Of a stretch of 64,000 nt of DNA, positions 26,050-36,965 are shown piece by piece. The stretch is taken from the NCBI GenBank assembly GCA_964036045.1, contig OZ038378.1, forward strand, positions 99,448,001-99,512,000. The letters run 5' to 3'. Source of the DNA: Eutreptiella sp. 'Long Island Sound 2002'. Taxonomy: Eukaryota > Protista > Euglenida. Numbering within the stretch: position 1 is the stretch's first letter; the number at the start of each line of letters is the position of its first letter. The position numbers and the translations under genes are program-made. Below the pieces are notes generated by a model that did not search any database, had not been told where the DNA came from, and was given only the letters and a program-made list of their open reading frames with translations.

Positions 26050-26490
26050 AGGAGTCACATGCGGTGCCACTTGTGAATGGAAAGTCGTGCGTGCTCAAGG
26101 GCCCAACAGGCGCCCCGAGGCTACCCCCAGTCCCTTGCGCTTGTCCCTGCCCTGGCCCGTGCCCTTGACCCTTCCCCTGCCCTGGACCCTGCCCCTTGCG
26201 CGCCGCTGTCCAACTCCATGTCCGGAGGCGGCGGGCTGGGGGCAGGGGGCTCTCCCCCATCCCCACCTTTGGCCCCATCCCCATCCCCACCCTCATCCCC
26301 GTTGTCCCCGTCCTACCCGTCATCCCCGTTGTCCCCGTCCTCCCGGTTCCCCAACCCCGCCGAACAGAGGTAGGCCTCCGCCTCGTCCTTGGTCTTGAAC
26401 AACAAGGCCGATGGAACCGCATGCATGGCCTTGCTCTTCCTCTTCTTACCTTCTCCTTCTTCACCCACTCCTCCACCTCCACGTACCAGT
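26050..26490 (-). pseudogene. Low-complexity acidic/Gly-rich ORF fragment
   Basis: GEEGEGKKRKSKAMHAVPSALLFKTKDEAEAYLCSAGLGNREDGDNGDDG*DGDNGDEGG..., with an in-frame TAG at 26313-26315. Confidence 0.35.
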
Positions 26491-26601
26491 CCCCCTCACC
26501 AACCCATCATCCCACCTCTCCACAACCACTCCCTCACTCACATTCCATTCCTCATCCGACCCCCCCACGGCACCCACCGAGTTTCCCCTCCATATATATA
26601 G

Positions 26602-26638
<37 letters not shown>

Positions 26639-26656
26639 GTCTATATATTCTCCAAT

Positions 26657-27816
26657 CTACACCCCTCCACCACACGGCTCTAAGGTACGTGCGAAGGGCA
26701 CAACGTGGTGCATACATGTGGTCGAAGGGGCTAAACTTAGTCAAAACCGGGTCAAAATGGGATAAGAACACTTGTCCGAGCGTCCCAAATGGTTCGGGAT
26801 CACTTGTGGAAAAACGCGTTTACGACCAAGTTTTGACCCAGTTTTGGTTCCAAAAGGACCCTTTTTCAAGGCATTTTGGGATTTTCCATGGGTCAAAATG
26901 CGTCACCACGGGCTCAAAAACGGCTAAACCCACTTGTTTGAGCATCCCAAATGGTCCAGGATCACTTTTGGAAAAATGTGTTTTTGACCCATTTTCGACC
27001 CATTTTGGGTCCCAAAACGGCCCATTTTCAAGGCATTTTGGGATTTTCCATGGCCCAAAACGCGCCACCACCGGCTCAAAACGGGCTAAAAACACTTGTT
27101 CGAGCAACGAAGTGGTCTGAGAAAATTTTTGAAAAAAAATCTTTTTTTCGCCCCGGGGACCCTGGTGGACCCACCATGGGCCCCTGCCGTGCGCGGGCCG
27201 GGCTGCCCTCCAATTCCACCAAGTGACCACTGGTACGGGGGTGTAGGCGTCTCGTTGGGCGTTCCGAGGCTTGGAAACCACAAAAAGTGGGGGGTTGCGG
27301 ATGGACTAGGGGTCCTCGGAATTCGGTTTTGAGCCACGTAGCTCAAGATACGGCCCGTCCTTGGTTTCGGGGTGTTGGTGCACATTGCGCAGATTTAGGG
27401 GCTTTTTGGCGCCTTTTTGGGCCGTTTCTCCGACATATCGTGGAGTTGAAGGGCACTAGAGGGCTCCTTCACACGCTGAAGTCAAGCCGCACGTGAGTTG
27501 TAGCCAGTGTTTCCCTTCGTTTGGGCGTTTCGCCCGGGTTCGGGGGCCTTTTTGGGCGAAAAATGGCTACCTTTGGCCCAAAACTGCGCAGTTTTGGGAG
27601 GGCACCTCCCGACTTGGCGCCACCGCCCCGGGCCGCCACCGGTGAATTTCCAGCTGAAAACTTGGATTCGGCAAGGCCACCACCTAGGCTCTAGGATGGC
27701 TGAAGTAAAGTCAAGCGCGAGGTGATGGGAAGGGGCAATAGCCAAAACAAAACGGTGACGTGCTTGTTGTTGTTGCTTGTTGCTTGTTAACTAAATTTAA
27801 GGGGAGAGGGGTGTAG
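26657..27816 (+). mobile_element. Non-autonomous TIR element family A in (TA)n, copy 1
   Basis: Left end ctacacccctcc, right end ggggagaggggtgtag followed by TA. Internal 162-bp subrepeats; (TA)n on both sides. Confidence 0.85.
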
Positions 27817-27829
27817 TATATATATATAT

Positions 27830-28432
27830 GGCCCATACGCAGATTTCCCCCCCCCCACACCCTGGGCCAACCGATGCACTATGGGGCAAAGGTTAGGGAC
27901 CCCTCCCCCCTATTTTGGGGTCGGGAAACACAAAAAAAACATGTTTTAGAAGTAAATCGGATGGTTATTAGTGGGTATTTGCCCTTAAAAAGGGCTAAAA
28001 TGGCTAAAATTGGGGTATGACATCATTGCTAGTAGGATCCTAACCAGAGTACTAAACATAGGTACAATTATGGTCCAAACCCCTAATATTAGCACCAAAT
28101 ACCCCCAATAATAGTTTGAGGGACATTGAAAATGGCCAAGAGTATGTTAAAAACGCCAAATTACTATATCATTGGGTGTATTTAGGGGTGGTGTGGATTT
28201 TTTTGGATTTCGTGGTTATTTTTAGTACTCTGGTTATCATCCTAATAGCAGTGATGTCATACCCTATTTTTAGCCCAAAAACCTTGTATAGAGCCCTCCC
28301 ACTGTCCCATCCGACCCCGAAACCCATTTTTTTGTGTTTTTTGAGCTCAAAATATGGGGGAGGGGTCCCTTGTCCTGCCCCAAGTCGCACACTAGGGTCC
28401 AGGGTGGGGGGGGGGGGATCGGCGTATAGGCC
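27830..28432. mobile_element. 603-bp MITE with long (~250 bp) imperfect TIRs, AT-flanked
   Basis: at|GGCCCATACGC...GCGTATAGGCC|at. Internal inverted blocks include gggtatgacatcattgctagtagg / cctaatagcagtgatgtcataccc and gggacccctccccc / gggggaggggtccc. Confidence 0.88.
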
Positions 28433-28434
28433 AT

Positions 28435-28500
<66 letters not shown>

Positions 28501-29134
28501 CTACACCCCTCTCCCCTTAAATTTAGCCAACAACAAGCAACAAGCAACAACAACAACAACAACACGTCTCCTTGCCGTTTTGGTCATTGCTCCGTCCCAA
28601 CGCTTCGGATCATTTGCCCATGTAGCCATCTTGGAGCCTAGGTGGTGGCCTTGCCAAATCCACGTTTTGAGCCAAAAACTCACCGGTGGCGGCCCGGGGC
28701 GGGGGCGCCAAGTCGGGAGGTGCCCTCCCAAATCTGCGCAGTTTTGGGCCAAAAACAGCCATTTTCCGCCCAAAACAGCCCCCAAACCCGGCCGAAATGC
28801 CCAAACGAAGGGAAACGGCTGCTACACTGCACGTACGGCTTGACTTCGCCGTGTCAAAGAGCCCTCTAGTGCCCTTCAGCTCCACGATATGTCCCAGAAA
28901 CGGCCCAAAAAGGCGCCAAAAAGCTTCAAAATCTGCGCAATGTGCACCAACACCCCGAAACCAAGCACAGGGCGTATCTTGGGCTACGTGGCTCAAATCC
29001 GAATTCCGAGGGCACCTAGTCCACCCGCAACCCCCCACTTTTTGTGGTTTCCAAGCCTCAGAATCGCCCAACGAGCCACCTAGACCCCCGTACCAGTGGT
29101 CACTTGGTGTAGCCGGAGGGCCGGCCAGCCCACG
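28501..29134 (-). mobile_element. Family A element, inverted copy truncated by (TA)n and the gap
   Basis: Begins ctacacccctctccccttaaatttagc, the reverse complement of the family A right end. Confidence 0.88.
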
Positions 29135-29144
29135 TATATATATA

Positions 29145-29344
29145 NNNNNNNNNNNNNNNNNNNNNNNNNNNNNNNNNNNNNNNNNNNNNNNNNNNNNNNN
29201 NNNNNNNNNNNNNNNNNNNNNNNNNNNNNNNNNNNNNNNNNNNNNNNNNNNNNNNNNNNNNNNNNNNNNNNNNNNNNNNNNNNNNNNNNNNNNNNNNNNN
29301 NNNNNNNNNNNNNNNNNNNNNNNNNNNNNNNNNNNNNNNNNNNN
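29145..29344. other. Assembly gap, 200 N
   Basis: Directly visible; true size unknown. Confidence 1.
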
Positions 29345-30099
29345 GACGGGCTCAGAAATGGCCCAAAAAGACTTGTTTGAGCATCCCAAGTGGTCTAGGA
29401 ACAACTTTGGAAAAAATGATTTTTTTCGCCCTGGGGACCCTGGTGGACCCACCGTTGGCCCCCACTGTGCGTGGGCTGGCCGGCCCTCCGGCTGCACCAA
29501 GTGACCACTGGTACGGGGGTCTACGTGTCTCGTTGGGCGATTCTGAGGCTTGGAAACCATAAAAAGTGGGGGGTTGCGGGTGGACTAGGTGCCCTCGGAA
29601 TTCGGATTTGAGCCACGTAGCCCAAGATACGGCCCGTTCTTGGTTTTGGGGTGCTGGTGCACATTGCGCAGTTTCTAGGGCTTTTTGGCGCCTTTTTGGG
29701 CCGTTTCTCGGACATATCGTGGAGTTAGAGGGCACCAAAGGTCCCTTGGTCACGAGAAAGTCAAGCCGCACGTGCAGTGTAGCAGCCGTTTGCCTTCGTT
29801 TGGCTGTTTTGAACCCTTACTAGGGCTGTTTTGGGCGAAAAATGGCTGTTTTTGGCCCAAAACTGCGCAGGTTTGGGAGGGCACCTCTCGACTTGGCGCC
29901 ACCGCCCCGGGCCGCCACCGGTGAGTTTTTGGCTCAAAACTTGGATTTGGCAAGGCCACCACCTAGGCTCTAGGATGGCTAAAGTAGAGTCAAGCTCGAG
30001 GCGATGGGAAGGTGCAGTGGCCAAAACGAAATGGTGACGTGTTGTTGTTGTTGTTGTTGCTTGTTGCTTGTTAGCTAAATTTAAGGGGAGAGGGTGTAG
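29345..30099 (+). mobile_element. Family A element, partial copy
   Basis: Collinear with 27050-27816; ends gggtgtag|TA followed by (TA)n. Confidence 0.88.
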
Positions 30100-30193
<94 letters not shown>

Positions 30194-30214
30194 ATGTATA
30201 TATATCCTCCAATA

Positions 30215-31400
30215 TACACCCCTCTCCCCAACTCAAGGTGGCTCCACCATACGGCTCTAAGGTACATGCGAAGGGCACAATGTGGTGCATACATGTGGTG
30301 GAAGGGGCAAAACTTGGTCAAAACGGAGTCGTAATGTGCTAAAAACACTTGTTTGAGCATGACAAATGGTGCGGGATCACTTGTGGAAAAACACGTTTTT
30401 GACCCATTTTTGACCAATTTTTGGTCCCAAAACGACCCATTTTCAAGGCATTTTGGGATTTTCCATGGTCCTAAACGCATAAACTCGTGCTCTAAATGGG
30501 CTAAAATCACTTGTTTGAGCATCATAAATGGCCCAGGATCACTTTCGGAAAAATGTGTTTTTGACCCAGTTTCGGCCAATTTTTGGTCTTGAAACAGCCC
30601 ATTTTCAAGGCATTTGGGGATTTTCCGTGGCCCAAAACGCGCCACCACGGGCTAAAAACGGGCTAAAAACACGTGTTTCAGCATCCCAAGTGGTCTGGGA
30701 ACAACTTTGAAAAAAATCCTTTTTTTGCCCCGGGGACCCTGGTGGACCCACCGTGGGCCCCCGCCGTGCGCAGGCCCGGCTACCCTCCCCGGCTGTACCA
30801 AGTGACCAGTGGTACGGGGGTCTAGCCGTCCGTTTGGGCGATTTTGAGTGGTGGAAACCACAAAAAGTGGGGGGTTGCGGGTCCACTAGGTGCCCTCAGA
30901 ATTCAGTTTTGAGCCACGTAGCCCAAGATACGGCCCGTGCTTGGTTTCGGGGTGTTGGTGCACATTACGCGGTTTTTGGGGCTTTTTGGCGCCTTTTTGG
31001 GCCGTTTCTCGGACCTATCGTGGAGTTGAAGGGGACTAGAGGGCTCTTTGACGCAGCGAAGTCAAGCCGCACGTGGGCTGCAGCCACCATTTCCCTTGGT
31101 TTGGGCGTTTCGCCCGGGTTTGAGGGCTATTTTGGGCGAAAAATGGCTACCTTTGGCCCAAAACTGCGCAGTTTTGGGAGGGCACCTCCCGAGTTGGCGC
31201 CGCCGCCCCGGGCCGCCACCAGTGAGTTTCTGGCTGAAAACTTGGATTTGGCAAGACCACCACCTAGGCTCTAGGATGGCTAAAGTAGAGTCAAGCCCGA
31301 GGCGATTGGAAGGGACAATGGCGAAAACGGAACGGTGACGTGCTTGTTGCTTGTTGTTGCTTGATGCTTGTTAGCTAAATTTAAGGGGAGAGGGGTGTAG
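30215..31400 (+). mobile_element. Family A element, full-length copy
   Basis: tacacccctctcccc...ggggagaggggtgtag|TA, with 162-bp subrepeats near 30343, 30505 and 30667. Confidence 0.88.
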
Positions 31401-31412
31401 TAAGATATATAT

Positions 31413-32685
31413 GGGTGTTGGAGTGGGGGGGGGGGTCTAAACCCCAAACTAGCGCCATTTTGCCGTTTTGCCACCATGGAGCCAAATAGGTGTCACCTAG
31501 GGGGGGGGGGGGCATGTGTATACTTTTTGAAAAGCCCTTGGAAAGGTCGTTGTAACGCAACATTTGGTAAACTCACCAATATGTAAACGTTACTGCCCCG
31601 AGGCGAAAAAAATTTGAGGTTTTACTGCTGGTCGAAATTTGCGCAGAACGAGCGCGACTGCTGTTTGCCGTGGCGGACAATTTGTGCCCGGTGGTGGTTC
31701 CGTAGGGGGGAGTATGTGGTACCTTTTTGAAAAGCTCTCGCCTACGGCTCCCCAATGGGGTAGAAACCAGCCTCGTGGTGCAGCAAGGTTTGAACTAGTA
31801 ACGGCAACATTGAAATTTTGGGAGCAATGCACGCCCCCATATGTATGTCCCTACCCATGCACACATGAACACAACACGGGCTCTTCATTTGTTGCGGCTT
31901 TGAATCCTGGGAGGTGGCCCGGAGAAAGGCGATCTCTGGGACACGCTCCTCCTTCGAGTAGGCGGTATAGAGTGATCGGAGGTTGATGTTCGTTTGCCGA
32001 AGCCTTGGGGACCCGGGGGAACGCGAGAGTCCCCAACGGGAGGCAGGTGAGGCACAACTACTCACTGTCACCACGCTCAGAGCAGGACTCAAGACGCTTG
32101 GTGACTCCGGTGCAGCGGCTCGGCGACGCTTCTTCGGAGTGACAACGTCCGGTGGCGCAAGAGAGGTGACAACATGGGCAGATTTAGAAGGGGATGCCAT
32201 GATAGCTAGCGAAACGGGGACAAAATGGTGTGTATGTGCAAGGTGGTGTGACAGCAGGTAGGACACGGCAGTTCTCCTAAGTTCAGCCAGCCAAAGCCCC
32301 GGGACCGCCTCTACGCATCCCATCCCCTTGTGAAACCCTCCTTTTTGAATTCAGCAACCCCAAAATAGGGGGGGGGGGGTGGAAATAGGTCGAAGAGGCT
32401 AAACACATGGTAGACCAACATGACATGGCTATACACGTTGCAGTGTGAGGTCTGGCAGCAGACCGTGGAAAATTTTGACAAAAACCGACCTGGCATTTGG
32501 ACATATCGTTGAGTTGGGGCTCAACCAAGCGCTCTTTGAAAAGCCCTTTTTATGCTGATTCCGAAAAGTATACACATCCCCCCCCCCCCCCCCCTACGGA
32601 ACGATATTTTTGAGAAATCGGCCCAAATGTCGCTAGTTTGGGGTTTCTGGGTACTTAAAACCCCCCCCCCCCCAGTCCAACACCC
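31413..32685 (-). mobile_element. TIR DNA element (~130-bp imperfect TIRs, AT flanks) with a remnant ORF
   Basis: atat|GGGTGTTGGAGTGGGG...CCCCAGTCCAACACCC|atat, with further inverted blocks (ccccaaactagcg; atgtgtatacttt). ORF 31742-32323 has a TPKKRRR basic motif. Confidence 0.8.
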
Positions 32686-33014
32686 ATATATATGGTTAAC
32701 GTGTTAATTTCTTGCGGGGTATCAAGAAATTGGGTCTTAACTTGGGTCACTGGGGAGTGGCTTGAACTTATGGCAGCTATGTCCACACATGCAGCTACTG
32801 CCGCGGGTGACCCCGAAAGTACACACGGTACAATGGGAAGAAAGACGCCCAAAATCCGTGATCTTCCTAGGTAGTGGAGATAGACTACGAGGGCCTCTAC
32901 GGGTTGCAGTATGAAATTCCAAAACACAGAGAGGATGGGGTAACATGGGTGCAACACATCATGAACAATGTACAATTGCAACGATCAGACCTTGGACGAA
33001 GTATTTCATCCTAA

Positions 33015-33421
33015 GGCGGGAAGAAAATTGCTCTGCGGGGGGGGGGGGGTGACACGGAGGCCCATTTTCCCAACCCCCACCCCCTCCCTCCTTGGCCGCC
33101 GTGACCGGAAGGGGGGTTCAGGGCGGGGGCGCCCGACCTGCCGTGCCGGGGAGGGGGGTCAACCCAACATCTATGGCTCAAAATGATAGCCACGTCGCGC
33201 TGATCATTTTGACTACTCAAATGTGGGTGGGGGAATTATTGGTGGAAAAAACTTTTTGGGGCCAAAATTTGTGTTCCTGCGCCTTTGGCGCCAACATCCG
33301 TTCTTATACAAAACAAAGGGCCCGACACGGAACCCCATTTCTCCAACCCCCCCCCCCTCCTTGGGCGGGCGTCCAGGTCACCCCCCCCCCCCCCCCCCCG
33401 CAGAGCAATTTTCAGGTCGCC
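33015..33421. mobile_element. 407-bp MITE with TAA target duplication (PIF/Harbinger, Tourist-like)
   Basis: TAA|GGCG...GAAAATTGCTCTGCGGGG(n)TGAC and GTCA(C)nGCAGAGCAATTTTC...CGCC|TAA. Confidence 0.85.
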
Positions 33422-33854
33422 TAACTTGGAGCCTTTTGCCCATTACATTGGTGCAGGTAACGAGACACATACCGCCGCGCCATCGCCCAAATACTACGGG
33501 GGATGAAATCAAACAAACCAGTCCATATGTTGAGTAATGTGACCGCGAATGAAAACGTTTGCACCTCGTGAATTAGCTACCCGAGGGACATCATGCACTC
33601 CCACAGACTATTATGCAACGGCACACTCACCATTTTCGTGCAGTGGACAGAGACTGCCGGAAAGGATACGGTAGGGGTTGTGGCATCCTTCTCCGGTGGT
33701 TGGTTCAGCCGTTACCCTGAATCGAACATGTGGAGTGACGGAAGATGCATCTATACATCTCTAGAATACCAATATGCCATTGTCGTCACTGTAGGTGCAG
33801 GGCAATGCAGCGGTGTTGAAGTAGCCCTTTAAGCAGGAGATACAGACGTCCAGG

Positions 33855-34462
33855 CTTTTGGCGTGCCCCGGTCCCCGAGTTTGGGATGCGGACGCCCACG
33901 CTGCAATGCTGCGCATTGAGTTGGAGATAGGGCGTCCCACTCTTTGGTGCGGCCCTTTGAGTTGGAGATATTGTCTACTCCGCTTTTGGTGTGGCCCCTT
34001 GAGTTGGGGATACAGAGTCCCACGCTTCGGCGTGGCCCCTTGAGTTGGGGTTACAGACTCCCTCGCTTCGATGTGGCACCAAGGGTTGGGGCTACAGACT
34101 CCCAGGCTTTGGTGTGGCCCCTTGAGTTGCGGATACGGACTCCTCCGCTTGTGGAGTGGCACCTTGAGTTGGGGATACGGACTCCCACATTTCGATGTGG
34201 CCCCATGAGATGGAGATACTTACTCCAAGGCTTCAGTGGTGCCCCTTGAGTTTCAGATACGAACTCCCACGCTTCGGTGTTGCCCATTGGGTTGGAGATA
34301 GGGAGTCCCAGTCTTCGTCGTGGCCCCTTGAGTCGGAGATACGGTGTACTGCGCTTTTGGTGTGGCCCATTGAGTTGGGGACACAGAGTGCCACGCTTGT
34401 GATGTGGCCCCTTGAGGTGGGGATACCGACTCCCACGTTTCGGTGGGGCCCCTTGAGCTCTG
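33855..34462. repeat. Diverged 41-bp minisatellite, ~15 copies
   Basis: gtggccccttgagttggggatacagagtcccacgcttcg recurs at 33991, 34032, 34073 and onward. Confidence 0.92.
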
Positions 34463-35395
34463 AGGGCATGTGCATCACGAACACACGCCCTTCCCAGCTT
34501 GGGCCTGTGCGGCTCCGGGGGTGGGTCCCCGCCGGAGTCATCAAGCCACTCAACGTCGTCCTCATGCCCGCTGGCCCGGTGTCGCTCCATCTTGTTCGTG
34601 TGATCGCGGGGCTGCGGGTGGTGGTGGGTCTCCACCGGTTGGTTGGAGTGCTGCGCCATTGCATGGGTGTTGTCGTAGGGTTGCCGCCATTGGTCACCCC
34701 GGGGGCGCCATGGTTTCTTGGGTGTTCTTGTCAGAGTGGTGGGGTTGCTTATCGGCGCCTGGGGTGGGTTCAGGAGCCCTGTTGAGGGCAATGTAATCGC
34801 GGAGGAGGTAGGCCTCACGTGAAGCCAAGATTGTACTGTGTGGGGTTCGGGCGCCGTGTGTGCACCAGGGGTGCCCCGCGTGGCGAGTGGGGCGTGGCCA
34901 TTTGCTGCCGAGGGCCGACAACAACCGGGGAACAAATGGGTAAGGTTTGTCAAGGGCCGTGGATGAGGCTGCGCCGCGCTCTTGGAGTGCCCCGCGTGAT
35001 GAGCGAGGCGTGACCCTTTGCCCAGCGGCCAGTGGGGACGGTCCGTTGAGGGCCGGGGGTGTGCATTTCGCATGGCATGGCCGGCCAATATGCAGAGTTG
35101 CCGGGAGTCCTGTGAGCTTTCAGATCGGCCCCCAAATCCAAATCCAAATCCAGCGACCCCCCCCCCCCACAAACCCACCCCCAACCCCCCCCCTCCCTCC
35201 CCCGCCCTTCCGCCAATCCCCCACCCCAAGTTTTGTAAAATAGCCGAAGGCGGGACCAGGTCTACACAAAAAGCAAAAATTACCAAAGGCCAAAACACCC
35301 CAATTTTTGGTTTTTTTTTGGTATTTTTTAGTACCGTAGCAAAGGGGATGCTGCTTATCCCTGCCACAATGCATAACAACGCAAAGGGATAAACC

Positions 35396-35590
35396 AACTT
35401 GGGCACATTCAGCCTCCGACAGAATCCTCTTGCAACGCCTTTTTTTCGTTTGAAAATACTCACCATTTTTCTGGAAATACTTGAGCCACCCATAAATTGT
35501 TTGGTAGCTCAGGCTGTGCTCCTTTTCATCACCCTTTTGATGTTGCTGCACAAGCCGAAGACCCCATGTTGCTGTGCCCAGTGAGTCCCT
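35396..35590 (-). pseudogene. Helix-turn-helix remnant of a pogo/Tc1-mariner-type transposase (Brinker-like DNA-binding domain)
   Basis: WAQQHG [frameshift] QQHQKGDEKEHSLSYQTIYGWLKYFQKNGEYFQTKKRRCKRILSEAECAQV. Confidence 0.5.
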
Positions 35591-35841
35591 GTTTTGAAAA
35601 ACTGATCATTCCAATTGTGCTGGGGAGGTGACAGTCGAGGCTGGTCCACATGCATCCACCATAATACCGGGAACAACATGACGGTCCACATACGGACATA
35701 CAAGAAACAGGGGCCCACAATGAAACAAAAAACCAATTACCAAAATGACCTAGATTTTATGGTGATCTTTTGGGTCACATTTTATTTGGTTAATATTTGC
35801 CTTGGGTAAATTTTTCACGGCCACCCACTCGTAGAGGCTAG

Positions 35842-36035
35842 GCAACTATGAGGGCGCCTGAATAATTATGGGGGCGGTTTAGCATTTATGAGGGCACGTC
35901 GGCATTAATGCGGGCAGGTTGGCATTTATGAGGGCCCATTGGCAATTGTGAGGGAGCATCAGCATCTATGAGGGTGGTTGGCGCTTATGAGGGCGGGTCG
36001 GTGTTTATGAGGGCGGCTCGGCAATAATGAGGGGA
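35842..36035. repeat. ~20-bp tandem repeat (ggcatttatgagggc core), ~10 copies
   Basis: Directly visible. Confidence 0.88.
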
Positions 36036-36628
36036 CCCCCCAGGGCACAGTAAAATTGAGGGAAGGCTGGCCACCTGCCACATGTCTACACTGGAGGCCC
36101 TCCTGTGCACTCCCAGAGCTGGGTGCACCAACAAGTCGCCCCCAGCCGTTGGTGAGAGAGCGGGGTGCCAGCAAAGCCGGATGAAGGACCAACTGTGAGT
36201 GTGAGACCTCAACCCCAGCAAGCTGTGTGTGCGCTGGGCCGGCGTGCACGAGGGCAATGTTCTGGTGCTTACTGCCGGAGTATGTCCTCTAGACAGACAC
36301 AAACACAGGCAGGCCTTCAAAGTGCCATGAAGGCGGTAGGAAATGGGCAGGGGTTCCAGAAATGGGATGTAGCCGTAATGGTTACGAAGCAGACATTGGT
36401 TTGTTCCATCATACGTAATACGCCAACTGCAAGGAGTGCACCAACACCAAACAAAATGCCGGCATGTCATCTTTAAACCCCCAAACCGAGCGTCTAGACC
36501 TGCTGTAACAAAAACGACGAAAAAAGGTGTCCCTCATGGGAATTCTCATGGGAAGAGGGTGGGGTAGGGGAAGATTGTGCGCCTTGGGACATGTTGAGCA
36601 CGAGGCCGGGGCATGGGGAGAGGCGGAC

Positions 36629-36965
36629 CGAGCCCCCGCTTCACGACGTCGTACACCACGTAATTGCAGCCCGTCTGGATGAACTGCCGCACCAACGCGG
36701 GCCGCAGGCCAGCATACAGCCCTGCGGATCCCTGGAGTTGGTAGACGTCACGGAAATGGTGCATCATGCCGGGCCGCTCCTGACCCGACTGCGTGCACAG
36801 CTGCATCCGTGTCTTGATGGTGTCCATGGGGTACGACATGGTCTCGCCGATGCACGACGAACTCGCCGCAAGCACGAATCGCACGGCGGATGAGATCACG
36901 TCATTTTGCATGAGGTAGGCAGGGCTGGCGGTTGGGCGGCGATTGACAGAGTGAGTGGCCGCCAT
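36629..36965 (-). CDS. Mitochondrial carrier (SLC25, uncoupling-protein/oxoglutarate-carrier-like), first coding exon
   Basis: ...RFVLAASSSCIGETMSYPMDTIKTRMQL...QGSAGLYAGLRPALVRQFIQTGCNYVVYDVVKRGL, with the PxDxxKxRxQ signature. 337 nt (112 codons + 1). The start could instead be the downstream MQND. Confidence 0.92.

Larger units (their letters stand above)
1209..36628 (-). other. Intron 1 of the carrier gene, ~35.4 kb, GT-AG, phase 1; contains a 200-N gap
   Basis: Donor CTC G|GTCCGC at 36628 and acceptor AG|GG at 1209 join to YDVVKRGLGGDIDNKIWKKITAG, the normal spacing between carrier repeats 1 and 2. Confidence 0.82.

Noticed and set aside
28619-28640. gtagccatcttgg resembling the dinoflagellate spliced leader
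   Set aside because: Short match inside a MITE and not conserved in the other copies.
32690-33830. RT-like (YSDD, HYLG) or tyrosine-recombinase-like (FRHS, GRW) words on the minus strand
   Set aside because: Spacing does not fit either family and the words fall in different frames.
33855-34462. CRISPR-like appearance of the 41-, 52- and 59-bp repeats
   Set aside because: Units are contiguous with no unique spacers, no cas genes are present, and the context is eukaryotic.
34051-35493. 480-aa ORF
   Set aside because: Runs across unrelated repeats, poly-G tracts and the 41-bp minisatellite; a composite artefact.
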